DNA of 64,000 nucleotides from Mobula hypostoma. Taxonomy: Eukaryota. Shown piece by piece: positions 22,259 to 33,449 of this stretch. The stretch covers positions 44,640,001 to 44,704,000 of the forward strand of contig NC_086110.1 in NCBI RefSeq assembly GCF_963921235.1, given 5' to 3'. Position numbers and translations under genes: made by a program. Positions within the stretch are counted from its first letter, which is position 1; each line of letters begins with the position of its first letter. The notes beneath the pieces are model-generated. The model did not search any database, was not told the DNA's origin, and saw only the letters and a list, made by a program, of their open reading frames with translations.

Positions 22259-25192
22259 ATGGAGGTTGAGGAATTTATAAAGGCGCCGACCTTGGAGGCA
22301 TTAGAGGATGCCAGGAAATCGGAATTGATAGCTGTGGCAAAACGGGTGAATCTTGCTAAGGTGAAGTCGACAATGAGGAGAGAGGAGATACACAGAGCTA
22401 TTGTAGAGCACTATGTATCTAAAGGTGTGTTTCCCCAAGGTGAGCTGGGGGAGGTGTCTATTGAAAAACCTGCTGGAGACGCGGTACAGGTACAGCTTGA
22501 AAAACTGAGACTCGAGCACGAGTTCCGGGTACGGCAGTTAGAAAGGCAGGAGAAAGAGAGAGAGTTAGAAAGGCAGGAGAAAGAGAGAGAGTTAGAAAGG
22601 CAGGAGAAAGAGAGAGAGTTAGAAAGGCAGGAGAAAGAGAGAGAGTTAGAAAGGCGGGAGAGAGAGAAAGAGGTAGAAAGGCAAGAGAGAGAAAGACAGT
22701 TGGAGAGAGAAGAGAGAGAGAGGGACAGACAGTTGGAGAGAGAAGAGAGAGAGAGGGACAGACAGTTGGAGAGAGAGGAGAAACAGAGGGAAAGGGAATT
22801 TGAGCTGGAGAAGTTAAAGATAAGGGCCGAGCAGGGGCTCGTGCCGAACCAAGGTGGAGGGTTCCGGGCGACCCAGGAGGTTAGGCTGGTTCCCCCATTT
22901 GACGATACCGATGTGGATCGGTACTTTCTCCATTTCGAAAAAGTGGCCATAAGTCAGGAATGGCCGAGGGATAAGTGGGTTGTCTTACTTCAGAGTGTAC
23001 TGAAAGGGAAGGCCCAACAAGCTTACTCCGCTTTATCCGCGGAAGATGCCCAGAAGTATGAGGTGGTGAAGGAGGCCATCCTCAGGATTTATGAGTTGGT
23101 CCCGGAGGCATACCGGCAGAGGTTCCGGAATGCGAGGAAGCGGTGGGACCGCACGTATTTGGAGTTTGCTCGCGAGATGCAAACATATTGTGAGCGTTGG
23201 TGCGCCTCGAAAGGGGTAGAGGGGGATTATGACAGACTGCTGCAGCTGATTCTGATTGAGCAGTTTAAAGGTTGTGTCCCTGAGGGTATGAGACCCTACC
23301 TCGATGAGAAAGAGGCAGCCATGTTAGCCGCAACTGCTAAGTTAGCGGATGAGTATGCGTTGACGCATAAAATGAAGGTTGCCCCGAGTAAAGGCTACCA
23401 GAAGGGTAGTCAGGACGGCGGGGAGAGTCCACCGGAAAAGTCAGAAAGTAAGCCGGGGACTAGTGAAAAGGATAAGGTAGACCGGGAGCAGTCTGGTAGG
23501 AAGTCTCCTGGGGTCGTCTGTTATAATTGTGGGAAAGTCGGACACTTTGCGTCCAGGTGCTTTGCCCCAAGGAAGGAGACGGGGAAAGGAAAAGCGGAAA
23601 TTTTGAATGGCTGTATTGAGCTGTTAAGCGAACCGCTAGGGAAGGACAGGTCTGAAAAAGTCCAGGAAGGGCGCGAGAGGTTTATCTCGGCCGGACTGGT
23701 GTCAGTGAAAAAGAGGTTAAAACCAGTTCCAGTGCGGATCTGGAGAGACACGGGAGCGTGTCAGTCACTAATACTGAAGAGTGTATTAGAGTTTAGCTCA
23801 GAGACCCAGACTGGGGAGGTAGAGGTCAAAGGTGTTGGGGAAGGGACAGAGTCAGTCCCTTTGCACCAGATACACTTACAGAGCAACCTGGTCTCTGGAC
23901 TAGTCACGATTGGGGTGAGGTCCGAATTACCGATGAAAGACGTGGAAGTCTTGCTCGGTAATGACATCGCCGGAGGAATCGTGTTCCCAGTCGTGAGATT
24001 GACGGGTCAGCCTGCCAGCATGGAGGCCCCGCCCGCGATGGTGAATTTGGCTGAAACATTTCTGCCAACCTTGTATGAGACAGGGTGTAGTGAGATAAGA
24101 GGTAGTGAGGGAGCTGGGACGGACGTAGCAGTAGCCAGGAAAGAATTTGTGCAGACGCAGGAGCGAGACGAGGGGCTGATGGTTTTTGCCGAGACCGCTC
24201 TCTCTGACACAGCCTTGACAAGCTATTGTGCGGAGGAGGAAGTGCTAAGGAAGAAAGGGAAATCAAGTACAGTACCCGCAGATGAGGAATGGGGGGTGGT
24301 GCAAAAGAGTTATGGGGATGAGGTTTTTAACATGGCCCACGAGGTACCCCCCGGTGGACATTTTGCGGTGCTGGAGGAAACAGTTGGTGGAATCATGAAA
24401 GAGATTTACCGGCTGCCCAGGGGGAAGAATGTTATTGATCATGACCGACGCGAACTGAGACGGTCACCGGCTTTTGATATGCTAACAAACCTAGTCGGTG
24501 TTAGCGTGGAAATCAATGATGCTAGGGGCCCCTTGATAAGAGGAAAAAACCATTTTGAAAAGATTAGGATGGGATCGGTCAGATGGGAGAAGGCTATTGT
24601 TTTGGCCAGGTCTACTGATAAGGTCTCTCCCTTAATCCCCGAAGGAGTAATTAAACGACTCGCACCCATGTGTTTGATTGTCCCGAGGAAATGCAAAGAA
24701 CTGGGACGTTGGGTTATGTCTGTTACAATAGGGCAGCCAAGTAAACAACACCCATATTTTTCGAGTAATTCAGTGACTAAAGGGCTGATGAACACAGAGG
24801 TGTGTATTGGCAATTTAACACGGCTGTCTGAAGCCAGTTTGATAGTGAACCTTGAAAAAAATGAATTCGGCCACACGAGAGTCACTTACCTGGGAATTGC
24901 GGTGACACAGGGGCAGCTGGCAGTGATGCAAGCTACAGTGCAGGCTATCGCTGACCTCCCAACCCCGACAGACAAGAGGGCCCTCAGAAGGCTTTTGGAG
25001 ATGGTGGGGTACTGCAGGAAGTTTTGCAATAACTCTGCGGTCAATACCCGTCCCCCTCCTACTAAGCCCTTGCGAGAGAAAATTGAGTCGGAATGGGACG
25101 ACCCTTGTTATTGTGGTCCGGGACAAAAACCAAATGAGAGGTTACATTGGTCGCAATTCATCAGTGTTTTTGGCCACTATGAAGTTTGCTGA
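22259..25192 (+). CDS. 977-aa Gag-protease-(degenerate integrase/RT) polyprotein of a Gmr1-like element
   Basis: In order: E/R/K repeat; SCAN-like capsid (YELVPEAYRQRFRN...LILIEQF); CCHC knuckle CYNCGKVGHFASRC (23519-23560); aspartic protease RDTGA (D at 23747) and LLGND; integrase Zn-finger remnant AHEVPPGGHF (~24335-24364); RT remnants (KQHPY, LIVNLEKNEFG..VTYLG, PTPTDKRALRRLLEMVGY). Integrase before RT is the Gmr1 domain order. Confidence 0.88.
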   Translation: MEVEEFIKAPTLEALEDARKSELIAVAKRVNLAKVKSTMRREEIHRAIVEHYVSKGVFPQGELGEVSIEKPAGDAVQVQLEKLRLEHEFRVRQLERQEKERELERQEKERELERQEKERELERQEKERELERREREKEVERQERERQLEREERERDRQLEREERERDRQLEREEKQREREFELEKLKIRAEQGLVPNQGGGFRATQEVRLVPPFDDTDVDRYFLHFEKVAISQEWPRDKWVVLLQSVLKGKAQQAYSALSAEDAQKYEVVKEAILRIYELVPEAYRQRFRNARKRWDRTYLEFAREMQTYCERWCASKGVEGDYDRLLQLILIEQFKGCVPEGMRPYLDEKEAAMLAATAKLADEYALTHKMKVAPSKGYQKGSQDGGESPPEKSESKPGTSEKDKVDREQSGRKSPGVVCYNCGKVGHFASRCFAPRKETGKGKAEILNGCIELLSEPLGKDRSEKVQEGRERFISAGLVSVKKRLKPVPVRIWRDTGACQSLILKSVLEFSSETQTGEVEVKGVGEGTESVPLHQIHLQSNLVSGLVTIGVRSELPMKDVEVLLGNDIAGGIVFPVVRLTGQPASMEAPPAMVNLAETFLPTLYETGCSEIRGSEGAGTDVAVARKEFVQTQERDEGLMVFAETALSDTALTSYCAEEEVLRKKGKSSTVPADEEWGVVQKSYGDEVFNMAHEVPPGGHFAVLEETVGGIMKEIYRLPRGKNVIDHDRRELRRSPAFDMLTNLVGVSVEINDARGPLIRGKNHFEKIRMGSVRWEKAIVLARSTDKVSPLIPEGVIKRLAPMCLIVPRKCKELGRWVMSVTIGQPSKQHPYFSSNSVTKGLMNTEVCIGNLTRLSEASLIVNLEKNEFGHTRVTYLGIAVTQGQLAVMQATVQAIADLPTPTDKRALRRLLEMVGYCRKFCNNSAVNTRPPPTKPLREKIESEWDDPCYCGPGQKPNERLHWSQFISVFGHYEVC

Positions 25193-25380
25193 GTTGGAGC
25201 CTGGTCTAAGGGATTATTAATAACACGTGTAAAAGGAACAGAAAATGTGATGACTGTCTGTCAAGGTGTTGACAGCTTCAAATTCTCTGTATTAGCTAAA
25301 TAACTGTTAACGATGTATATTGTGTATGTATCAGATAATGTAGTCATGTTTGTAATTTTTACCTCCCGGTAAAAATCCTT

Positions 25381-25392
25381 AAAGGGGGGAAG
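25381..25392 (+). promoter_or_regulatory. Polypurine tract
   Basis: AAAGGGGGGAAG immediately 5' of the 3' LTR. Confidence 0.9.
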
Positions 25393-26252
25393 TGTTACGA
25401 GAATACACATAAAATTAAGATGTTTGCTGGCCTGGGCTAGCATCAGTGGCATCAGCAGTTGGTCTGCCACCTGCCCTCAGGGGAAGGAGAGATAAGGAAC
25501 AATGGAGCAGCGTCTGGAGATGTGTAATGAAGGGATGTGGGAGGAAGAGCTGTCTGGAGCGGCTCCCCCCTTTGAACCCTGAACTGTTTGAAGTGATGGA
25601 CAGGCGATACCCCAGCAGGGGGATAAAAAGGGACAGGTTCGCTAAGACAGACACACACGCCACCCGAGGTAACGAGACCCTGGAAGCGGTACGCTTCTCA
25701 CGAGTGGTGAGAAGTACCGGACAACGCACAGGGTGGAAAGGTACGATCAGCGGGAACCCGGTGTGTGTCCGCCCTTGCCTCGGTGCCGGGTTCACTGCAG
25801 AGGATCGACCGCATCTGGAGGAGGGGTCACAGTCGGTGACCTCAGGTGACATCACCAAGGACCCGCCCAAAAGCTGTTTGTGAGCCATCTTGCTGGTCTG
25901 TGAGTGAAGCAGTGTTCTGAATGATGAGTTGTTCCTATTCTATCTCTCTCTTCCCCCACGTTGTCCACCGCCATGGCAACGATTACTGCGAACTGAACTA
26001 CTAACTGGACTGAACTTTGAGTCATTTTGAAATTGGTCATTTACCCCTAGACAACGATAGAGCTTGATTGATGCTGTTATCTTAATTCTGTGCACATGTG
26101 CGTTTATCATCGCTGAACTGTTGCATTTATTATCCTTTCGATTACTGTGTTGCTTGTTTCCTTAATAAAACTTTCTTAGTTCTAGTACTCCAGACTCCAA
26201 CTGAGTGATCCATTTCTGCTGGTTTGGCAACCCAGTTACGGGGTACGTAACA
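25393..26252 (+). repeat. 3' LTR (860 bp)
   Basis: Direct repeat of 21281-22159, followed by the TCTC TSD. Confidence 0.95.
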
Positions 26253-26664
26253 TCTCCAAAAGTAATTATTGAAAAACAGAGGGAAAAAATTGTAAGGAAG
26301 GGAAAATATTTTTGTAGACCAAGTGCCTTAAGGAGCAATTTATCAGAAAGAGGTTCTGGCAAGTCTGAACAGCATTTTATATGAATAGTTCCATGGACTC
26401 TTTAAAATATGTTCCTGGAAAACTTGCATACAAGTTTGGAGTGTTTGGATAGATCAAGTTATCAGTGTCTGGAGATGAGGATTGAAATCGCCCAACTGGC
26501 AAAAACATATTGATCAAAGCTACTCTAAAACGGATGGTATAGAAGCCCATTGTGAAGCTCAAGTCCAACAGGGTGGAAGAGAAACGTCTGCGTTTTTCGA
26601 GCGTAAGCATTATAAAATCACCCATCTGTGTGGATGAAGCAACCGTGTGTTGGAAAAGCCCCTC

Positions 26665-27280
26665 ACATTAGAGCAGGAGCAGGTCCTCCAGTCTGTGGTG
26701 TCTGCGCCAAACAAATGCCAACTTTAATTTCGGAGCTGCCTCGATTTCCAGCTTGTTCATGTGCCTGCCTAAGTGCCTCTTAAATGTTGCTATCAGATCT
26801 GTTTCCACCACCTCTTCTGGCAGTGCAGTCCAGACACTCACTGTGTAAGAGAACTTGCTTTGTAAGTCTCCTTACAACTTCCCCTGTCTCACTTTGTGCC
26901 CTCTAGTATTTGACACCCTAGAGAAAAATAAAACTCTATCTGCCCTGTCTATTCCTCTCAAGATTTTATTTACCTCTAGCAGCCTCTCACACTCCAGAGT
27001 AAATAATCCAAGTGTGTCCAGACTTTCCTTTTATAAGCTAATAATCTTGAATCCAGGCAACATCCGGGTGAACCTCTTCTGCACCGTCTCCAAAGTCTGC
27101 ACATCCTCCTTGAAGTGTAGCAACCAGAACTGAACATAATACTCCAAATGTGGTTAAACTGAGGTTAGATACACTTGCAATTTGATTTCCCAACCTTCAT
27201 CCTCAACACCCACGCCTTACACCATCTAGACCACCTTATCCACTTATGTACCTGTACTTGCGTCCCCAGTTCTCTCTGTA
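26665..27280 (-). mobile_element. Old CR1 3' fragment
   Basis: The reverse complement carries degenerate CR1 ORF2 C-terminal motifs (HLEYYVQFW, RFTRMLPG). Confidence 0.7.
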
Positions 27281-27849
27281 TATTAGAATTAGATATTAAG
27301 ATAAAATGTAATTACATCTCATGAAATGATGAAATAATGAAAATTATATCTAAACAGACAGCCTCAAGTTCACTTTAAAATTCTGTAACATTACTCACAA
27401 AAACAACCTCTAGGGGTTAATGATGGTCTAAACCCATATTAGAAAAAACTTGACATAATCGGATCAGCATCTCATTTTACCTGGCACATCATTTTATTTC
27501 CAACTGACTTCAACACAAAATAAAATCAAGCAGTAGCTGAAGGAGGCTAATAATAAGGTGTGTTTCCTGCCAAGCAGGTTAAACTAAATAACCTTTCTTG
27601 CAGTAAAATATCACGCGGCAATGAAAAGCAGTTCAGGCATTCATCCCAGTTTGGAACAGCTAAACATGCTAAGTTGTAGCATCAGATTGTTGTGTTAATT
27701 CTATTGACTTGAATGGAACTGGATTTCAGAGGCAGAGTATAACACCATGATGCTGCTATACAGCCCAATTAGTACTGTGGAGGAGGCATGAACTCCCAGG
27801 CAGCTACTACTGGGGAAAAATCTAAATGCAGAAAGTGCACAACATTACA

Positions 27850-28412
27850 GTCCGTAATGTGGGATCTCCCAGCGGACGCCCGTTTTAATTCCACTTCCCA
27901 TTCCCAGTCTGATATGTCTATCCATGGCCTCCTCCACTGCTGTGATGAGGCCACACTCTGCTTGGAGGAACAACACCTTCTATTCAGTCTGGGTAGTCTC
28001 CAGCCTGATGGCATGAACATTGATTTCTCAAACTTCCAGTAAAAACCCCCCAACCCCCTCCAAATCACCATTTCCCATCCCCTTTTCCCTCTCTCAACTT
28101 ATCTCAACTTGTCTACCCATCACCTCCCTCTGGTGCTCCTCCCACCTTTTCTTTCTTCCACAGCCTTCTGCCTTTCGGCAATCAACTTCCCAGCTCTTTA
28201 CTTCATCCCTCCCCTTTCCAGTTTCACCTATTGCCTGGTGTTTCTCTCTCCCTTCAGCCCATCTTCTAAAGCTGCACCTCAGCTTGTTTCCTTCAGTCCT
28301 GCTGAAGGGTTTCGGCCTGAAACATCGCCTGTACTTTTTTCCATAGATGCTGCCTGGCCTGCTGAGTCTTCGCAGCATTTTGTTTCAGCATCTGCAGATT
28401 TTATCTTCTTTG
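27850..28412 (+). mobile_element. Penelope-like element 3' end with degenerate hammerhead
   Basis: FNSTSHSQSDMSIHGLLHCCDEATLCLEEQHLLFSLGSLQPDGMNIDFSNF. CAGTC-CTGCTGA-AGGGTTTCGGCCT-GAAAC-ATC at 28294-28326. Confidence 0.88.
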
Positions 28413-28514
28413 TGATTGAATTACAGCCTGTTTGACCTCGTTTGGGAAAACGCACGAATCCAAAGCTAAGAAGTGTGTCACGAGACTTAAAAATCACAAT
28501 ATGGTTAAGCAGAG

Positions 28515-29570
28515 TGAGCATAGTTCCAATTTATTTAACAAACCTATTTGAGATGGCTGAGGATGTAACTAACAGAGAGGATAAAGGAACATAGGTCCTT
28601 TAGAAGTTCAGAAGGCATTTAACGTGGTGTTACAGGGAAGTTTGATACACAATTGGTTTAAGTATCAAGCACGGATTGAAGATTGGTTACCAGGGGGAAA
28701 AAAACAGGGATTAGGAACAAATATGTCATTTTTGGTTTTGAAGGCTGTAATGACCAATGCTACAGGGTAAATACACAAGGATCAGTGTGAACATTTCAGC
28801 TGTTTATAATCTTTATTGGGAGCAGATGTTAATTTTTCTGTTTACCAATGATACAAAGCTAGGTGAGAAGGTAAGAGACAAGGAACATATTAAGAGTCTG
28901 TGAAGGTATATAACATCAGGTTAAATGGGTAGCAAGAAGCTGAAAGATACAAGAGGAGCTGTGGGATAGTGTGGTAAATTCCTTTTGAAGAGTGAAAAAG
29001 TAGCATCTGTTGGTATACATGGGGACCCGAAGGATTGGTTCACAAATCATAGTTCAGGTACAGCAATCAATCTGAAAGGGAAACACTATGCTTGTGCTTA
29101 TTGCAAGATGGGATGGAGTACGAGAATAAGCATTTCCTTTTATGTTGGTTTGCTCGTCCAGTTTGTCCAACAGATAGTATAACTGAGAAGATGGGGCTGA
29201 ACTGTTAGGACAGATTCACTTGGATAGGCCTGTATTCACTGCTTTTAGAATAATTAGAGACAATCTCATTAAACAGAGATGAGATTCTGCAAGAGCTCAT
29301 ACATGACAAGAATGTTTTTTCAAAGGCAGGAGCCTGAACAGTGAGAAGGCATAGGATCAGGAAGAGGAAACTTCCCTGGTGGTCTTAAATGAGGACACAT
29401 TTCTCCACTCAGAGGATAATTAATCTCAGCATTCTTTACCAAGTGGACTGTGCACTTGGAGCATGCATAGGATTGAAGTCAATTAATATTTGAACACAGT
29501 GGAGATGGACAAAGTTCTCAGCTAATAGCATTTCAAATAAAGATGCCTACTCCAGCTTCTATTTCTTTTG
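28515..29570 (+). mobile_element. Very old CR1 RT/3' fragment
   Basis: Degenerate FQKAF, QGSV and FTNDTKLG motifs, plus a CR1-like 3' region. Confidence 0.55.
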
Positions 29571-29794
29571 GCTTTCTGCTCAAATAATTTTGTTTTTTGA
29601 AATATGTGTCTGTAATTCTATTTTTATTTATAAAATATGGCAATTCGAAACATTTTATTTTTGCAATACTGTGGTTAAGAGGCATATTTCCAACTTTGAG
29701 CACCATCTCCTTTAACTGCTAGTTCAATGTGATGGGGTAATAAAGAGTTTGAAAAGATAAAAAAGATGACAGACGTTAGAACTGGGTTTATCTA

Positions 29795-30316
<522 letters not shown>

Positions 30317-30811
30317 TTAGTGCTAATCAGAGAAAAGCAATTGAATGAAGGATCATTTTGTAACATCCATATATGTGCATTTCAGCTCAGCTAATTCTGA
30401 ACCACCATATGGAACCATTGGAGAATGCATCTCCTCTGAAGTTTAATGGAATCATTGCTCGAGTTTATTCATAAAAACAGCACATTCATGCAATTTTTAG
30501 CATCGGTAGGTTAATGGAGATAATTTCATTTTGTTCACTTACAGTCATTATTAACAGAGTCACGACTTCCTGATAAATCCTCAGTACAGCCTGTCTTGTG
30601 GAGCCATGTCCATTGGGATGCCCAATTCCATATCATAGTGACCACATCACTTTTACAAACCAGTTAGCCTCTGAATGCAATCATTATTCAGTACCAGTTG
30701 GACATATGCGCTGAGTATTGTTCTGACTGTTTTCTCCCCAAGAATAGAATGAGAATCTACATAACATAAAACACATACAGTATTTGAGAAAGGTTAGTAT
30801 TTGATTTGATC

Positions 30812-31863
30812 TTCTGTCGGTGACCAGTGGTGTGCCTCGGGGATCTGTTCTGGGACCCCTACTCTTCATGATTTTTAAAAATGACCTGGATGAGGAAGTG
30901 GAGGGATGGGTTAGTAAATTTGCTGATGACACAAAAGTTGGGGATGTTGTGGATAGTGTGGAGGGCTGTCAGAGGTTACAACGTGACATTGATAGGATAC
31001 AAAACTGGGCTGAGAAGTGGCAGATGGAGCTCAACCCAGATAAGTGTGAAGTGGTTCATTTTGGTAGGTCAAGTATGATGGCAGAATATAGTATTAATGG
31101 TAAGACTCTTGGCAGTGTGGAGGATCAGAGGGATTTTGGGGTCCGAGTCCATAGGACACTCAAAACTGCTACGCAGGTTAAGCAGGCATATGGTGTATTG
31201 GCCTTCATCAACCGTGGGATTGAGCTTAAGAGCTAATAGGTAATAGGTAACAGCTATATAGGACCCTGGTCAGACCCCACTTGGAGTACTGTGCTCAATT
31301 CTGGTCTCCTCACTACAGGAAGAATGTGGAAGCCATAGAAAGGGTGCAGAGGAGATTTACAAGGACGTTGCCTGGATTGGGAAGCATGCCTTATGAGAAT
31401 AGGTTGAGTGAACTCGGCCTTTTCTCCTGACAGAGGATGAGAGGTGACCTGATAGAGGTGTACAAGATAATGAGAGGCATTGATCGTGTGGATAGTCAGA
31501 TGCTTTTTCCCAGGGCTGAAATGGATAGCATGAGAGGGCATAGTTTTAAGGTGCTTGGAAGTAGGTACAGAGGAGATGTCAGGGGTACGTTTTTTCACGC
31601 AGAGAGTGGTGAGTGCGTGGAATGGGCCGGCGGCGGCAGTGGAGGCGGAAACAATAGGGTCTTTTAAGAGACTCCTGGATAGGTACATGGAGCTTAGAAA
31701 AATAGAGGACTTTGGGTAAGCCTAGGTAGTTCTAAGGTAAGGACATGTTCGGCATAGCTTTGTATGCCTTTTGGTAGGTCAAAATGGACCCCAAAATCCC
31801 TCTGATCCTCCACACTGCCAAGAAGGGCCTGTATTGTGCTATAGGTTTTCTATGTTTCTATGT
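30812..31863 (+). mobile_element. CR1 LINE, 5'-truncated
   Basis: SGVPRGSVLGP...KFADDTK and MRGDLIEVYKIM; (ttctatgt)n tail at ~31847-31863. Confidence 0.92.
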
Positions 31864-32519
31864 TAAATTCTACATCTGGAGCAGAACTATTGCAGCAAGA
31901 GCAGTAGAGTGGTGTAAATCCGAGGCCCTTATACTATAACCGTGCTTTATTAATCTTTTCAAGTGCTTGGTGCGATGTGCTCAGCATAAGGCATTAAACC
32001 TTGAATTAGGGAACTCCATTCTTCTTCTATCATTATCTACATCCTTTCACTAACACTTAAAACAGACTCCAAAATATCAATAGACCATACTCTGGTTTTG
32101 ACATCCACAAATTGAAAGGGTTACCTCACATATGGAAGAGCAAAACCGCCATATGGAGTCTCCTGAAGAGCTAATGACAATCTTCTTTCAACAGCAACGG
32201 TGTTGAAGCATGTTATAATATTTTCTCAACTATTACTATGAATATCTCTCACTAATTTTCGTTCTGAAGGAGAATTACCTCTTGTCTCAAATCTCATCCT
32301 CCATTTTGATTATGGCTTTGTGACATGTACCAACTTATAGTGAAATGCTTACCTTACATAGCATGTATACACAACCCATTACACAGTGCACTGAGCTAGT
32401 ATAAGGTAAAGCAACAGCAATGCAGAATAAAGTGCAAAAGCTATTGAAAAAGTACAACGCAGGAAATCGATAAGGTGCAAGATCATAATGAGGTAGATGA
32501 TGAGGCCAAGAGTCCATGT

Positions 32520-33330
32520 TATCAGGATCAGAATCAGGTTTACTATCACTGGCATGTGACATGAAATTTGTTAACTTAGCAGCAGCAGTTCAATGCAATA
32601 CATAACCTTGAAGAGAAAAAATAGTAATAAATAAAATAAAAATAATAATGATAATAAACAAGTAAATCAATTACAGTATACGTATATTGAACAGATTAAA
32701 AAAGTGTGCAAGAACCAGAAATACTGTATATTTAAAAAAGTGAGGTAGTGTCCAAGGGTTCAATGTCCATTTAGGAATCGGATGGCAGAGGGGAAGAAGC
32801 TGTTCCTGAATTGCTGAGTGTGTGCCTTCAGGCTTCTGTGCCTTCTTCCTGATGGTAACAGTGAGAAAAGGGCATGCCCTGGGTGCTGGAGGTCCTTAAT
32901 AATGGACGCAGCCTTTCTGAGACACTGCTCCCTGAAGATGTCCTGGGTACTTTGTAGACTAGTACCCAAAATGGAGCCAACTAGATTTACAACCCTCTGT
33001 AGCTTCTTTCGGACCTGTGCAATAGCTCCTCCATACCAGACAGTGATGCAGCCTGTCAGAATGCTCTCCATGGTACACTATAGAAGTTTTTGAGTGTATT
33101 TGTTGACATACCAAATCTCTTCAGACTCCTAGTAAAGTATAGCCGCTGTCTTGCCTTCTTTATAACTACACCAATTTGTTGGGACCAGGTTAGATCCTCA
33201 AAGATCCTGACACCCAGGAACTTGAAACTGCTCACTCTCTCCACTTCTGACCCCTCTATGAGGATTGGTATGTGTTCCTTCGTCTTACCCTTCCTGAGGT
33301 CCACAATCATCTCTTTCGTCTTACTGAAGA
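32520..33330 (-). mobile_element. Rex1/Babar-like LINE 3' fragment
   Basis: SKTKEMIVDLRK...FKFLGVRIFEDLTWS and ESILTGCITVWYG...FRNSFFPSAIRFLN; (ctgat)-type tail at ~32521-32538. Confidence 0.85.
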
Positions 33331-33449
33331 CTATCATAGAAGTGGTCCGATTAAGAGTCTGATAAGAGTGGGATAAAAGCTGTCCTTTTATGAACTTGTT
33401 CACTGGATGGTGATATTGCTGGCAAGACCAGCACTTATTGAAACATTAG

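Larger units (their letters stand above)
21281..26252 (+). mobile_element. Gmr1-like Ty3/Gypsy LTR retrotransposon with both LTRs, internally deleted (non-autonomous)
   Basis: Near-identical LTRs TGTTAC...GTAACA at 21281-22159 and 25393-26252. TCTC target-site duplication on both sides, PBS after the 5' LTR, polypurine tract before the 3' LTR, and a single internal ORF. Confidence 0.95.

Noticed and set aside
22534-22790. Regular repeats resembling a CRISPR array
   Set aside because: Tandem units without unique spacers, inside a eukaryotic Gag ORF.
22411-22950. 179-aa Ser/Leu-rich antisense ORF
   Set aside because: Mirror of the purine-rich Gag minisatellite.
25415-25888. 145-aa and 157-aa ORFs on both strands of the 3' LTR
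   Set aside because: The frames are broken by indels in the 5' LTR copy and show no recognisable domain; likely chance ORFs in GC-rich sequence.
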